DNA of 47,439 bases from a virus. The stretch lies in the UHGV virus genome UHGV-0203852; one strand, 5' to 3'. Positions 1 to 7,842 of the stretch are shown here, in pieces; the first letter of the stretch is position 1, and every line of letters begins with the position of its first letter. Made by a program: the position numbers and the translations under genes. Under the pieces are notes generated by a model that saw only the letters and a program-made list of their open reading frames with translations, did not search any database and had not been told where the DNA came from.

Positions 1-270
1 ATGGAGCATATAAAGGAGAAATTAAACAGCGACTACAAGTTTCGCACATTGACTGCTGATGATGGTTATATCATCGCAAATGTGTTGAATGGATTTGACG
101 CGGACAACTACATCGGCACAAAAACAATGGTACTACCTGCCGAGCGTGAGGTAAGCGGACTTGTAGCAATCACCGAGAAGCAGCACGGAGAATACGTAAA
201 AGTGATAAATGAAAAGATGGAAGCAGAAATGCAACTAAAAAGAGAGGAGGTGGGTAATGTTCAGGAATAG
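1..270 (+). CDS. Hypothetical protein, possibly tail-fibre associated
   Basis: 89-aa ORF that follows the BspA-like gene across the circular junction and overlaps the holin start. Confidence 0.55.
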   Translation: MEHIKEKLNSDYKFRTLTADDGYIIANVLNGFDADNYIGTKTMVLPAEREVSGLVAITEKQHGEYVKVINEKMEAEMQLKREEVGNVQE

Positions 271-700
271 TGATGCCGTGCAAGGCGGATTTGTCGCCAT
301 AGTTGGCAGTATCTATGAGCAAGGTGTTGAAGAAGCAGTTCCATGGCTGATTGCGATGGTGTGCGTGGTAGTGGTGGACTTGTTCGCTGGCGTGCGTTGT
401 GCTTGGCTGATGGGCGAGCACATTCGCTGGTCAACTGGCGTTAGGCGCACACTCTCTAAATTGATTACCTATATCAGTTTTGTGGTGTGTGCTGTGATGA
501 TTAACGTGGCGAGCAACACTGAATTTGACATTGCCAAGTGGGCGTGTTTGTTTATCTGCGCTGTGGAGGGCTTTTCCGTGGCGGAGAATATCATCAAGCC
601 ACACGGTTATTCAATCAACTTGCAGGCACTCGCAAAGAGCATCGGCAAGCGATATGGCGTTGACACAGATGGTGTGATACGCAAAACGAAAAAGAAATAA
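257..700 (+). CDS. Holin
   Basis: Several hydrophobic helices, D..G..A and E..S..EN motifs of phage holin 4-like families, basic C-terminus, directly upstream of the endolysin. Confidence 0.85.
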   Translation: MFRNSDAVQGGFVAIVGSIYEQGVEEAVPWLIAMVCVVVVDLFAGVRCAWLMGEHIRWSTGVRRTLSKLITYISFVVCAVMINVASNTEFDIAKWACLFICAVEGFSVAENIIKPHGYSINLQALAKSIGKRYGVDTDGVIRKTKKK

Positions 701-821
701 AGTGTTTAACAATACAAGGTCGGTTGGGCAATCCATTTAATAGTAACTTTTTTAAAAATGATTAGGGTTATTTTAGTTAGTTGTGTTCATTCCGACCGAC
801 CTTTTTAAAAATTATAGCGAT

Positions 822-1631
822 ATGATATACAAAGTAGGAAGCAGAGGTGACGAGGTTGTGAAAATTCAGAAAGCCGTGGGCGTTAGCGCAGACGGTGTGT
901 ATGGCGTAAGGACAAAGGAAGCCGTGGCTGTATGGCAGAGGGCGCACGGATTGACAGCAGACGGCATCGTTGGTTACAAGACTTGGGTGGCGATGTTTGG
1001 TGAGGATATGCCGAGCAAGGCGGTTGCTGATGGTGTGGTTTATATGCCACTTAACAAGCATATCAAGATGCTACCAAACCGAGAAATCAAATACCTCGCT
1101 ATACATTTCACGGCTGGCAGTACCTCCAAGGCTGGCAGTGCAAGGAATGTGCGTAATGTGTTTTTACAACGACCAGCGAGTGCTGATTTTGCTGTGGACG
1201 ATGCCGAAATGGTGCAGTTCAATCCCGACCTACGCAATTACTACTGCTGGGCGGTCGGTGGCGAACTCCTGAATAGCGGTGGCGGTAGTCTGTACGGCAA
1301 GGCGAGGAACAGCAACACAATCAGCATCGAGATTTGTTCCAACTGCTCACCACGCACAAACACGGCATTGAGCCACAGCAATCACGATGGGTGGAGTTTT
1401 ACGGAAAAGGAACTTGACAACGCAGTTAAGTTGGCTAAAATCTTGATGAAGAAGTATAACATTCCCCTTGATAGGGTTGTTCGGCATTACGATATAACTG
1501 GCAAACTTTGCCCAGGCGTTATTGGCTGGAATGATGCACCCGAAGTGTACGACAAGACCACAGGCAAAAGGATTGCTGGAGCGAGGAACAACTCAAAGGA
1601 ATGGGAGAAATTCAAATCACGGCTAATTTAA
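822..1631 (+). CDS. Endolysin: N-terminal peptidoglycan-binding domain plus N-acetylmuramoyl-L-alanine amidase (Amidase_2)
   Basis: GSRGDEVVKIQ...ADGIVG PG-binding repeat; IHFTA, SIEIC, RHYD..GKLCP amidase motifs; ATG at 822 preferred over the upstream alternative start. Confidence 0.92.
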   Translation: MIYKVGSRGDEVVKIQKAVGVSADGVYGVRTKEAVAVWQRAHGLTADGIVGYKTWVAMFGEDMPSKAVADGVVYMPLNKHIKMLPNREIKYLAIHFTAGSTSKAGSARNVRNVFLQRPASADFAVDDAEMVQFNPDLRNYYCWAVGGELLNSGGGSLYGKARNSNTISIEICSNCSPRTNTALSHSNHDGWSFTEKELDNAVKLAKILMKKYNIPLDRVVRHYDITGKLCPGVIGWNDAPEVYDKTTGKRIAGARNNSKEWEKFKSRLI

Positions 1632-1659
1632 ATTTAAGCAAGTTTTAATCGGAGAAATT

Positions 1660-2139
1660 ATGGACGATAAAGAATATACGAAATATGAGGGTTGCGCATC
1701 TGCCGTGGCTGTGATAATTGCGCTTGTGGTTTTGGCTCTTGTGCTTTGCTCGTGCAAGACCAAGTATATCACCGAAACCGAGTACAAGGAAGTGCCTGTG
1801 GTGATGCACGACACGGTGGCGAAAAACATTTGGCGCATTGACACAACCATTGTCAAGGATAGTGTATATTTCGCCATTAAGGGCGATACTATTTATAAAG
1901 AGAGATACAAAAACAAGTGGCGAATACAAGTCGTTCATGACACGATTAACAAGGTTGTTAAGATTCCTGTTGAAGTTGTTAGAACAAGAACTCAAACAAA
2001 GACTGTTGTAAAAGAGGTGAACCGCCTATACTGGTGGCAGAAGTGTTTGATAGTTATCGGCGGTGGAGCATTAGCGGTTATTGCTGGTTTAGCATTTGGG
2101 GTGCTTGTTTGTGTGTTGGCGTGGCGGAGATACAAATGA
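1660..2139 (+). CDS. Probable unimolecular spanin
   Basis: Hydrophobic signal with lipobox-like LVLCSC, beta-rich middle, C-terminal transmembrane helix followed by WRRYK; follows the endolysin. Confidence 0.7.
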   Translation: MDDKEYTKYEGCASAVAVIIALVVLALVLCSCKTKYITETEYKEVPVVMHDTVAKNIWRIDTTIVKDSVYFAIKGDTIYKERYKNKWRIQVVHDTINKVVKIPVEVVRTRTQTKTVVKEVNRLYWWQKCLIVIGGGALAVIAGLAFGVLVCVLAWRRYK

Positions 2140-2214
2140 TGTGTACCCGATTTGGCGATTTTGGGTACACGTTGTGGGTGATATGTACCCGAAATCAAGG
2201 AAATGGGTACACAT
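2139..2214. repeat. Two tandem palindromic units (TGTACCC-N14-GGGTACA)
   Basis: gtgtacccgatttggcgattttgggtacac (2141-2170) and atgtacccgaaatcaaggaaatgggtacac (2183-2212); outer arms atgtgtaccc/gggtacacat form a perfect 10-bp inverted repeat. Confidence 0.8.
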
Positions 2215-2229
2215 AAATATATATAAGAT

Positions 2230-2598
2230 ATGAAACGATTGATATTTCTCATTAAATGGCTGCCGTTCGCATTGGTAGTGTTGATGGTGTTACATTGCCT
2301 ATTGTTGCTATGCGGAATACACTCCAACTTCCTTGCGCACAATGGCGTTTCACCGCTGCTCTATGTTGTGATGCTTGTGCTTTCGTACAAGTTAGATTTC
2401 TGCTGTTTTCACAGGCTTGCCCTGCACTACGACCTTGCTGTGTGGTGCTTCTGCTGGTTGCGTGATTACGGCATACTTGACGATTTTCTCACACCTTTGC
2501 GTGTGGTGATATTGTCCGTTGGAATTGTTATTATTAGTGTTACATTAACAAGCAAGTATTATGGCAAGCGGTGTGGAGGAAATGATGGCTTTGCTTGA
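2230..2598 (+). CDS. Hypothetical multi-pass membrane protein
   Basis: 122-aa ORF with about four hydrophobic segments. Confidence 0.65.
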   Translation: MKRLIFLIKWLPFALVVLMVLHCLLLLCGIHSNFLAHNGVSPLLYVVMLVLSYKLDFCCFHRLALHYDLAVWCFCWLRDYGILDDFLTPLRVVILSVGIVIISVTLTSKYYGKRCGGNDGFA

Positions 2599-2860
2599 CG
2601 AAATCAAGAGCGAGGTGACTGCCAACCCTTGCAATATGGGCGATGTGGCTATGCGTGCCATGGCTTCGGCATTGCGGACACTATACAGGAGCAAAGTGCC
2701 GAAGCGATACAGTAGAGAAATGGCGGCAATGGAACTTGGTGTGAGTGTTCGCCAGTTGTCAAGGATAGTGGCTAAAAGCGGTATCACACCACACCGTGAC
2801 GGTTTTAAAAACGTGTACTACACCGAGGATGATATAACGATGCTGAAATCTTTTTCATAA
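2561..2860 (+). CDS. Putative HTH DNA-binding protein
   Basis: YSREMAAMELGVSVRQLSRIV helix-turn-helix-like segment. Confidence 0.65.
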   Translation: MASGVEEMMALLDEIKSEVTANPCNMGDVAMRAMASALRTLYRSKVPKRYSREMAAMELGVSVRQLSRIVAKSGITPHRDGFKNVYYTEDDITMLKSFS

Positions 2861-2890
2861 GTTTAAGTTTAAGTTAGAGTTAATTAGTTG

Positions 2891-2923
2891 AACGGTCGGC
2901 TTGGGAAAGTCGGCTGTTTTTTT
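2891..2923 (+). terminator. Intrinsic terminator
   Basis: acggtcggctt/aagtcggctgt stem (with G-U pairs) followed by a T run. Confidence 0.7.
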
Positions 2924-2976
2924 AGTAAGATTTTGTTTGCAAATAAAAAAAAAGTAGCAAAAAAGTTACTGAATTA

Positions 2977-3008
2977 TTTGCACAGGTGTAACAAAAGTGT
3001 TACCTTTG
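2977..3008 (+). promoter_or_regulatory. hicAB promoter with palindromic operator
   Basis: TTTG at 2977 and TACCTTTG at 3001-3008 match the Bacteroides -33/-7 consensus; inverted repeat gtaaca-aaag-tgttac (2988-3003) overlaps it; related half-sites at 2953-2970. Confidence 0.75.
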
Positions 3009-3056
3009 CAGTGGTTAAAGATAACCACGAGTTCATTTATATTTTTTATTTAACAA

Positions 3057-3248
3057 ATGAAGTACAGTGAGTTTATCTCTGAACTTAAATCTGCGGGATG
3101 CAGATTTGTTAGGAATGGAGGGAACCACGACATTTGGTATTCTCCAATCACATGTAAGAAATTCTCTGTTCCCCGTCACACCTCAAAAGAGGTTGATAGT
3201 GGTCTGGAGAGATTGATGCGGAAACAGACTGGTGTGAAAAAGAAATAA
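3057..3248 (+). CDS. hicA: HicA family toxin (mRNA interferase)
   Basis: 63 aa, G.RFVRNGGNHDIW...VPRH motif of HicA. Confidence 0.9.
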   Translation: MKYSEFISELKSAGCRFVRNGGNHDIWYSPITCKKFSVPRHTSKEVDSGLERLMRKQTGVKKK

Positions 3249-3336
3249 CACAGTCTTGGTCAAGTTTATGGGTAGGGGCTTAAATGTGCCTACCCTTTTT
3301 AAAATTTAGAAATCAAACTAATTAATACAAACTAAA

Positions 3337-3744
3337 ATGAAAAAAAAGACTGTCGCCAACATTGTTGTAGAAATCTCAAAAGATGGTTTCTACTCGTGCT
3401 ATTGCACTGATGAGTTTGAGCATTTCGCTTTGTTTGGCTATGGTGATAGCGCAAAGGAGGCAAAAAAGGACTTGGTTGCCTCATATCACGAAATAAAGGA
3501 AATGCTTGAAGATGAGGGAAAGGAAGTTCCTGAACTTGATTTTGTTTGGCATTACGACATGAAGTCATTCTTTAACTACTTTGATTTTTTGAATGTAAGT
3601 AAAGTCGCAGAACGAGCAGGAATAAATCCGTCATTAATGCGCAGATATGCCTCTGGAATTTCAAACGCAAGCGAACAGCAATACGAGAAGTTAGAACAGG
3701 CTGTAAAGGAGTTTTCAAGAGAACTTGTTGAAGCAGAATTTTAG
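3337..3744 (+). CDS. hicB: HicB family antitoxin with C-terminal HTH
   Basis: GYGDSAKEAK motif and C-terminal NVSKVAERAGINPSLMRRY HTH; directly downstream of hicA. Confidence 0.88.
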   Translation: MKKKTVANIVVEISKDGFYSCYCTDEFEHFALFGYGDSAKEAKKDLVASYHEIKEMLEDEGKEVPELDFVWHYDMKSFFNYFDFLNVSKVAERAGINPSLMRRYASGISNASEQQYEKLEQAVKEFSRELVEAEF

Positions 3745-3782
3745 GATATACCATTTTCCGCATCACACACAATAGACCACTT

Positions 3783-3813
3783 GCCCCGCGATTTTGTTTC
3801 GTGGGGCTTTTTT
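3783..3813 (+). terminator. Intrinsic terminator after hicB
   Basis: gccccgcga/tcgtggggc stem plus T6. Confidence 0.8.
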
Positions 3814-3972
3814 GTCCCCAATTCGGGACAGCGCATTTGCGTAACTCTCTGATAATCACTCGTGCTTACATTTGTTTTGGCACTTGTTAGGGCGTACGTT
3901 TTTATGGGTGTAAATTCGTGGCAAAGTTGCAACTTGACACCTATTGTTAAATCAATTTAAAAACTTACAAAA

Positions 3973-4869
3973 ATGAGCGAATCTAAGACTTTTATTTTAC
4001 CTGACGGTGGGCAGAGCGGCTCTATGATGCCGTTACTCGCATCGCTTTGCCAAAAGCAGGGCGTAGACCCCAATGTGCTTCTCGCCATGAGGGGCGGCAA
4101 CGGCTGGGGCGGCAACGGTATTGACATTATCGTGCTCCTGTTCCTGTTCATGCTTTTCGACAACAACGGCTTCGGCTTCGGAAACAAAAACGGAAACTTG
4201 CCTAATATGATTAACAACGATGCTGGTCGCGAATTATTGATGAATGCTATCCAAGGAAACGGAAATGCTATCGGTCAGTTGGCTACCACATTGAACTGCA
4301 ATATCAACCAAGTTAATTCGGCATTACAAGCACTCGCAACACAACTCCAAGGCGTGGGCAATCAAGTAGGAATGAGTGGTATGCAGGTTATCAACGCTAT
4401 CCAAAGCGGTAACGCACAACTCGCAAGCCAGTTGGCACAATGCTGCTGCGACAACAAGATGGCTATTTGTCAGCAGACAAATACACTGCAAAGCACTATC
4501 AATGGTGTTGGCAATGCTATGGAGAGAGGGTTCAGTGACAACGCATTCCGTATGCAGACACTCGCTTGCGACCTTAAAACGAGCGCAAACGACAACACTC
4601 GTGCCATTCTCGGCAAACTCGACCAAATCGAGGATAGCCGAAAGGATAGGGAAATCGCTTCACTTACCGCACAACTCACGGCTTCGCAATCTCGTGCAGA
4701 ACGCCAGTCGGAACTCCAGCCTATCTACAAGGCTTTGGCTGATATTCAGGGCAAGCAGCCTAACACCGTACCAGTTCAGTGGCCGCAGATTAAGGCTTTC
4801 CAAGAAACTCCATTGTGCGCAACTGGTAGTGTAAACTATCTCTACCCCAACTTCAACGGCTGGGCATAA
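3973..4869 (+). CDS. Hypothetical protein: Gly-rich N-terminus, one TM helix, long Gln/Asn heptad region with CCC motif
   Basis: 298-aa ORF; GGNGWGGNG-IIVLLFLFMLF, LAQCCCDNK; first gene of a six-gene cassette. Confidence 0.75.
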   Translation: MSESKTFILPDGGQSGSMMPLLASLCQKQGVDPNVLLAMRGGNGWGGNGIDIIVLLFLFMLFDNNGFGFGNKNGNLPNMINNDAGRELLMNAIQGNGNAIGQLATTLNCNINQVNSALQALATQLQGVGNQVGMSGMQVINAIQSGNAQLASQLAQCCCDNKMAICQQTNTLQSTINGVGNAMERGFSDNAFRMQTLACDLKTSANDNTRAILGKLDQIEDSRKDREIASLTAQLTASQSRAERQSELQPIYKALADIQGKQPNTVPVQWPQIKAFQETPLCATGSVNYLYPNFNGWA

Positions 4870-4884
4870 TGAAAGGAGGTTAGC

Positions 4885-5211
4885 ATGGCTATTTTGAATC
4901 CTTTTACAACAGCTAACAAGCAAGGTATTCCACGCATCGAAACAAGCGGCGTGACGGTCAGCACAACGGCAGTCACCTACTCGCTTCGCAATGCGTACTT
5001 CGGCAGACCATGGAACGGCTTGGTCGCCATCAAGGTATCCCAAGCCGTACCTACTGGCACTACTGGAACGCTCCCAGTACAAATCAACAACCAGCCATTG
5101 ACGGGGCTTGGCGGAAATGCAATCACCGCAAGCGACATCACTGGCGTAGGTGTATTGCTATGCTGGTGGGAGAGTGCAGAGAACACCTTGCAAGTGCTTA
5201 ACATTGTGTAA
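4885..5211 (+). CDS. Hypothetical beta-rich protein
   Basis: 108-aa Thr/Val/Gly-rich ORF preceded by aaggagg. Confidence 0.7.
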   Translation: MAILNPFTTANKQGIPRIETSGVTVSTTAVTYSLRNAYFGRPWNGLVAIKVSQAVPTGTTGTLPVQINNQPLTGLGGNAITASDITGVGVLLCWWESAENTLQVLNIV

Positions 5212-5230
5212 TTAATTAAATTGTAAAACT

Positions 5231-5722
5231 ATGGCTTTTCAAAATTTAAGGGTTGGTGGCAAACTTTATATACTCCACAAAGACAACAACATACGCATCG
5301 AGGAAGCAGAAGTGACGAACATCACCATGCCGACAATGCGCTTTATGCCACAAGGCATGAACCAAACACCATTATATGTGGTGGATATTGTCACCAAGGT
5401 TGGTGATGCGACATACAACTTTCCGCAAGTGCCAGCGCAACTTGATATTGCCGACTATGGCAGTAACGGAAATGTGGTAATCAGCACAAATGCCGACACC
5501 ATCGCCACCGAAATCTGCAACCTAAAGCGCAAGAGCGAAGAAGCCATCGCTGGCGTTGACCGCCACAAGGCGATTATCAAGCAATGTGATGATGCTTTGG
5601 CTATCATCAAGCCGATAGATGCGAATATCAATGCCGAGAACGAGGCGTTGCGTAAAGAACTTGCCGAAATGCGTAAGTTGTTACTTGACTTGAAAAATGA
5701 AAAGCCACCTAAATCAAAGTGA
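5231..5722 (+). CDS. Hypothetical protein with C-terminal coiled coil
   Basis: 163-aa ORF in the cassette. Confidence 0.7.
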   Translation: MAFQNLRVGGKLYILHKDNNIRIEEAEVTNITMPTMRFMPQGMNQTPLYVVDIVTKVGDATYNFPQVPAQLDIADYGSNGNVVISTNADTIATEICNLKRKSEEAIAGVDRHKAIIKQCDDALAIIKPIDANINAENEALRKELAEMRKLLLDLKNEKPPKSK

Positions 5723-5723
5723 T

Positions 5724-5948
5724 ATGAGAGTAATTGAAATCAGAGAGGACAGTTTGCGCTCATTGGCGGAGAATGTCGAGAAAATGCTCCGATATGCTGG
5801 CAAGTCGATGCAGTGCATCGAGGATTTGCGTGGCGGCGAAATGATGGGCGAACGCCGTGACTATGAGCGAGAGTACGACCGAGAGGAAGAACGTGGTCGA
5901 TACGCTGGCGAAATGTACGGCGACCGTAGGAGAGGAAGATACTATTAA
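5724..5948 (+). CDS. Hypothetical Arg/Glu/Gly/Tyr-rich small protein
   Basis: MRVIEI start 2 nt after the previous stop; low-complexity C-terminus (ERRDYEREYDREEERGRY...RRRGRYY). Confidence 0.65.
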   Translation: MRVIEIREDSLRSLAENVEKMLRYAGKSMQCIEDLRGGEMMGERRDYEREYDREEERGRYAGEMYGDRRRGRYY

Positions 5949-5956
5949 CCAACGAT

Positions 5957-5989
5957 GCACCGCCATGCCGAAAGTGTGGCGGTGCTTTT
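5957..5989 (+). terminator. Intrinsic terminator inside the cassette
   Basis: gcaccgccatgc/gtgtggcggtgc stem plus tttt. Confidence 0.7.
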
Positions 5990-6002
5990 AAATTTTTATA
6001 CT

Positions 6003-6413
6003 ATGTTACAAGAATATGATATTATACCCAAGGAAATGAGGGCATACCTGCGCAACAACGGTCGGCATTTTAATAAGAAGGCTTGCGAGTGGGCTGTGAA
6101 GAATATGCGGAAGTGGAACGAATCCACAAGGCGGCTGGAGCGAATTGAGCCAATGGATAAGACTGCCGTTGATGAACTGTTGAAGAACAACGGAATCACC
6201 CTTGACGATGCACGAGGTTATGACTATGTGTATGTCGCCAATATGTGCAGGGCGGACTTTTATGGAACCGCCATTGAAGATGAGCGACACATGGCGTTGT
6301 ACATCAAATGTGTTATTGATGATGCCGATGCCGTTAGTGGAATGGTGTTTAATCGATGGCTGGCGGACTGCGACACCAAGGGAATCGCTATTGACTGGGA
6401 AGAATTGCTATGA
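6003..6413 (+). CDS. Hypothetical protein
   Basis: ATG at 6003 just after the terminator; YLRNNGRHFNKK, YDYVYVANMCRADFYG, IDWEELL. Confidence 0.7.
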   Translation: MLQEYDIIPKEMRAYLRNNGRHFNKKACEWAVKNMRKWNESTRRLERIEPMDKTAVDELLKNNGITLDDARGYDYVYVANMCRADFYGTAIEDERHMALYIKCVIDDADAVSGMVFNRWLADCDTKGIAIDWEELL

Positions 6414-6847
6414 TTCGCCAGCAATTCACAATACCTCGCATCGGCTGGAATGTGTATGTGTACTATGCGGTTGATGCCCTCGATACTGGTGTTATAGAGC
6501 GTCAGTTGAGGGCTATCGGCTGCGAAAACACGGAAAGGGTTTGCCGTGGAATTGGCGAACCCAACAGCGGAGTAACCTACACCAACACAGCCAACCGAGC
6601 AAGCGTTGTTGTGATAGGACTAACCACAAGTGCCGATGAGTTCGCCAACACATACGACCACGAAAAAGGGCATTTGGTTCGGCATATATCACAACACTTG
6701 GGGTTAGAGCCATACGGAGAGCAAGAGCAGTATATCGCTGGATATGTCAGCCAGCAGATGTTCAGCGTTGCTAAGTCTTTCCTGTGCGAGCATTGCAGAA
6801 AAAATAATAATGCGCTGGCTAATTTCATTCGGGTGTTTCTAAATTAG
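6410..6847 (+). CDS. Putative zinc metallopeptidase
   Basis: HEKGH (HExxH) motif with a downstream E; ATGA overlap with the previous gene. Confidence 0.6.
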   Translation: MIRQQFTIPRIGWNVYVYYAVDALDTGVIERQLRAIGCENTERVCRGIGEPNSGVTYTNTANRASVVVIGLTTSADEFANTYDHEKGHLVRHISQHLGLEPYGEQEQYIAGYVSQQMFSVAKSFLCEHCRKNNNALANFIRVFLN

Positions 6848-6858
6848 TGGGAAATGAC

Positions 6859-6939
6859 TATCTTTGCATCAACTAATGCGTTTTTTAAAACCGTTACGTT
6901 TTTGTTTTTGCATCTAACCGTGAGGTTGGGTGCTTTTTT
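6859..6939 (+). ncRNA. Candidate small RNA (promoter -7 box to terminator, no ORF)
   Basis: TATCTTTG at 6859-6866, about 40 nt U-rich body, terminator gcatctaacc-gtga-ggttgggtgc-T6 at 6910-6939. Confidence 0.45.
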
Positions 6940-6967
6940 ATTAAAACTTGTTAAAAAATAGTAGAAA

Positions 6968-7011
6968 TGTTACAAAATACTTGCACACTTTAAATAAAGG
7001 TTGTATATTTG
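6968..7011 (+). promoter_or_regulatory. Bacteroides-type promoter of the putative anti-CRISPR operon
   Basis: tgttacaaaatacttgcaca box containing the -33 TTG, TATATTTG at 7004-7011, short palindrome cttta-aa-taaag (6988-6999) in the spacer. Confidence 0.75.
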
Positions 7012-7053
7012 TACCAACAAAAACAAAAACGAACAATTTAAAAATAAACAATT

Positions 7054-7470
7054 ATGGATAATTACATTTATTTAGTTGTGGAAACAGAAAAACAAGAGTA
7101 TCAAGAGGCAAAACCCGGACGAAACCTATTTTTTGACTTTGAAGATGGAGACCACTATTATTTTTCTTCCGCAAAAAATGTGGTGAGATTTATTTACGGC
7201 ATGGCGAAATGCCATGACTATATACGCACAAACGAGACCAACCCAGCCTATGAATTTTGTCAAACTTATGGCGAAAAATATCCATCCGAGCAACTTCTTC
7301 GCGGGTTAGAGGAGGATGGTGGCAACTATTGGTTCACCGTTCAGAGGAATTACGACCCATCAAAGGATGAGGAATTCCCCCTTGCTTCTTTTTTCTCCGA
7401 TGCAATAAAAGAAACAAGATATTACCACATATTGAAGATAAGGTTAGACGAGGTGGTTGAAGATATGTAG
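7054..7470 (+). CDS. Acidic hypothetical protein, anti-CRISPR/anti-defence candidate
   Basis: 138 aa, rich in Asp/Glu and aromatics; first gene of an operon that includes a Cas11-like and an HTH gene; function inferred from context only. Confidence 0.6.
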   Translation: MDNYIYLVVETEKQEYQEAKPGRNLFFDFEDGDHYYFSSAKNVVRFIYGMAKCHDYIRTNETNPAYEFCQTYGEKYPSEQLLRGLEEDGGNYWFTVQRNYDPSKDEEFPLASFFSDAIKETRYYHILKIRLDEVVEDM

Positions 7471-7513
7471 GTTTAATTCACAAAAAAAATAAACTAATTA
7501 AAACAGAAACAAT

Positions 7514-7837
7514 ATGGATAATCAGAAGCAAGAAATTGGATTTACAACAGGGAAACTCGCATACTTGTTGCAAAAAGTCCATGAAATCAACGGCGGCAAA
7601 TACAGGTTTAATTTGTCAATCGCAGCGCAATACCCATTAAACACTCTCATCAAGAGTCTTGCAGGTGTTTTCCGCTGCGAAATAAAGAGGGATTTGTGGG
7701 AGCCTGAACTCTCGAATATCATGAACGATTTACCAACGGACGGACTTCCCGAACACTTGAATTTGAAAGGTCAGGAAAAATTTATGCTTGGCTACTACTC
7801 CGAGGAAAAGACACTTGACGATATACTTGCAGATTAA
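7514..7837 (+). CDS. Cas11c / Cas8c(Csd1) C-terminal domain-like protein, candidate anti-CRISPR
   Basis: GFTTGKLAYLLQKVHE...AAQYP...ELSNIMNDL..GLPEHLNLKGQEKFMLGYY resembles the Csd1 C-terminal pattern Y..GRLFAVLE..Q...A...P...I.EI...L...FP..L....QG.F.LGYY as I recall it; no other cas gene or array seen. Confidence 0.7.
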   Translation: MDNQKQEIGFTTGKLAYLLQKVHEINGGKYRFNLSIAAQYPLNTLIKSLAGVFRCEIKRDLWEPELSNIMNDLPTDGLPEHLNLKGQEKFMLGYYSEEKTLDDILAD

Positions 7838-7842
7838 AAATT

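Noticed and set aside
2139..2214. Mini CRISPR array
   Set aside because: Only two units with different centres and a 12-nt gap; no repeat-spacer periodicity
7514..7837. Remnant of a phage-encoded type I-C CRISPR-Cas system
   Set aside because: No cas5, cas7, cas3 or array was seen; the gene has its own start and an acr-like context
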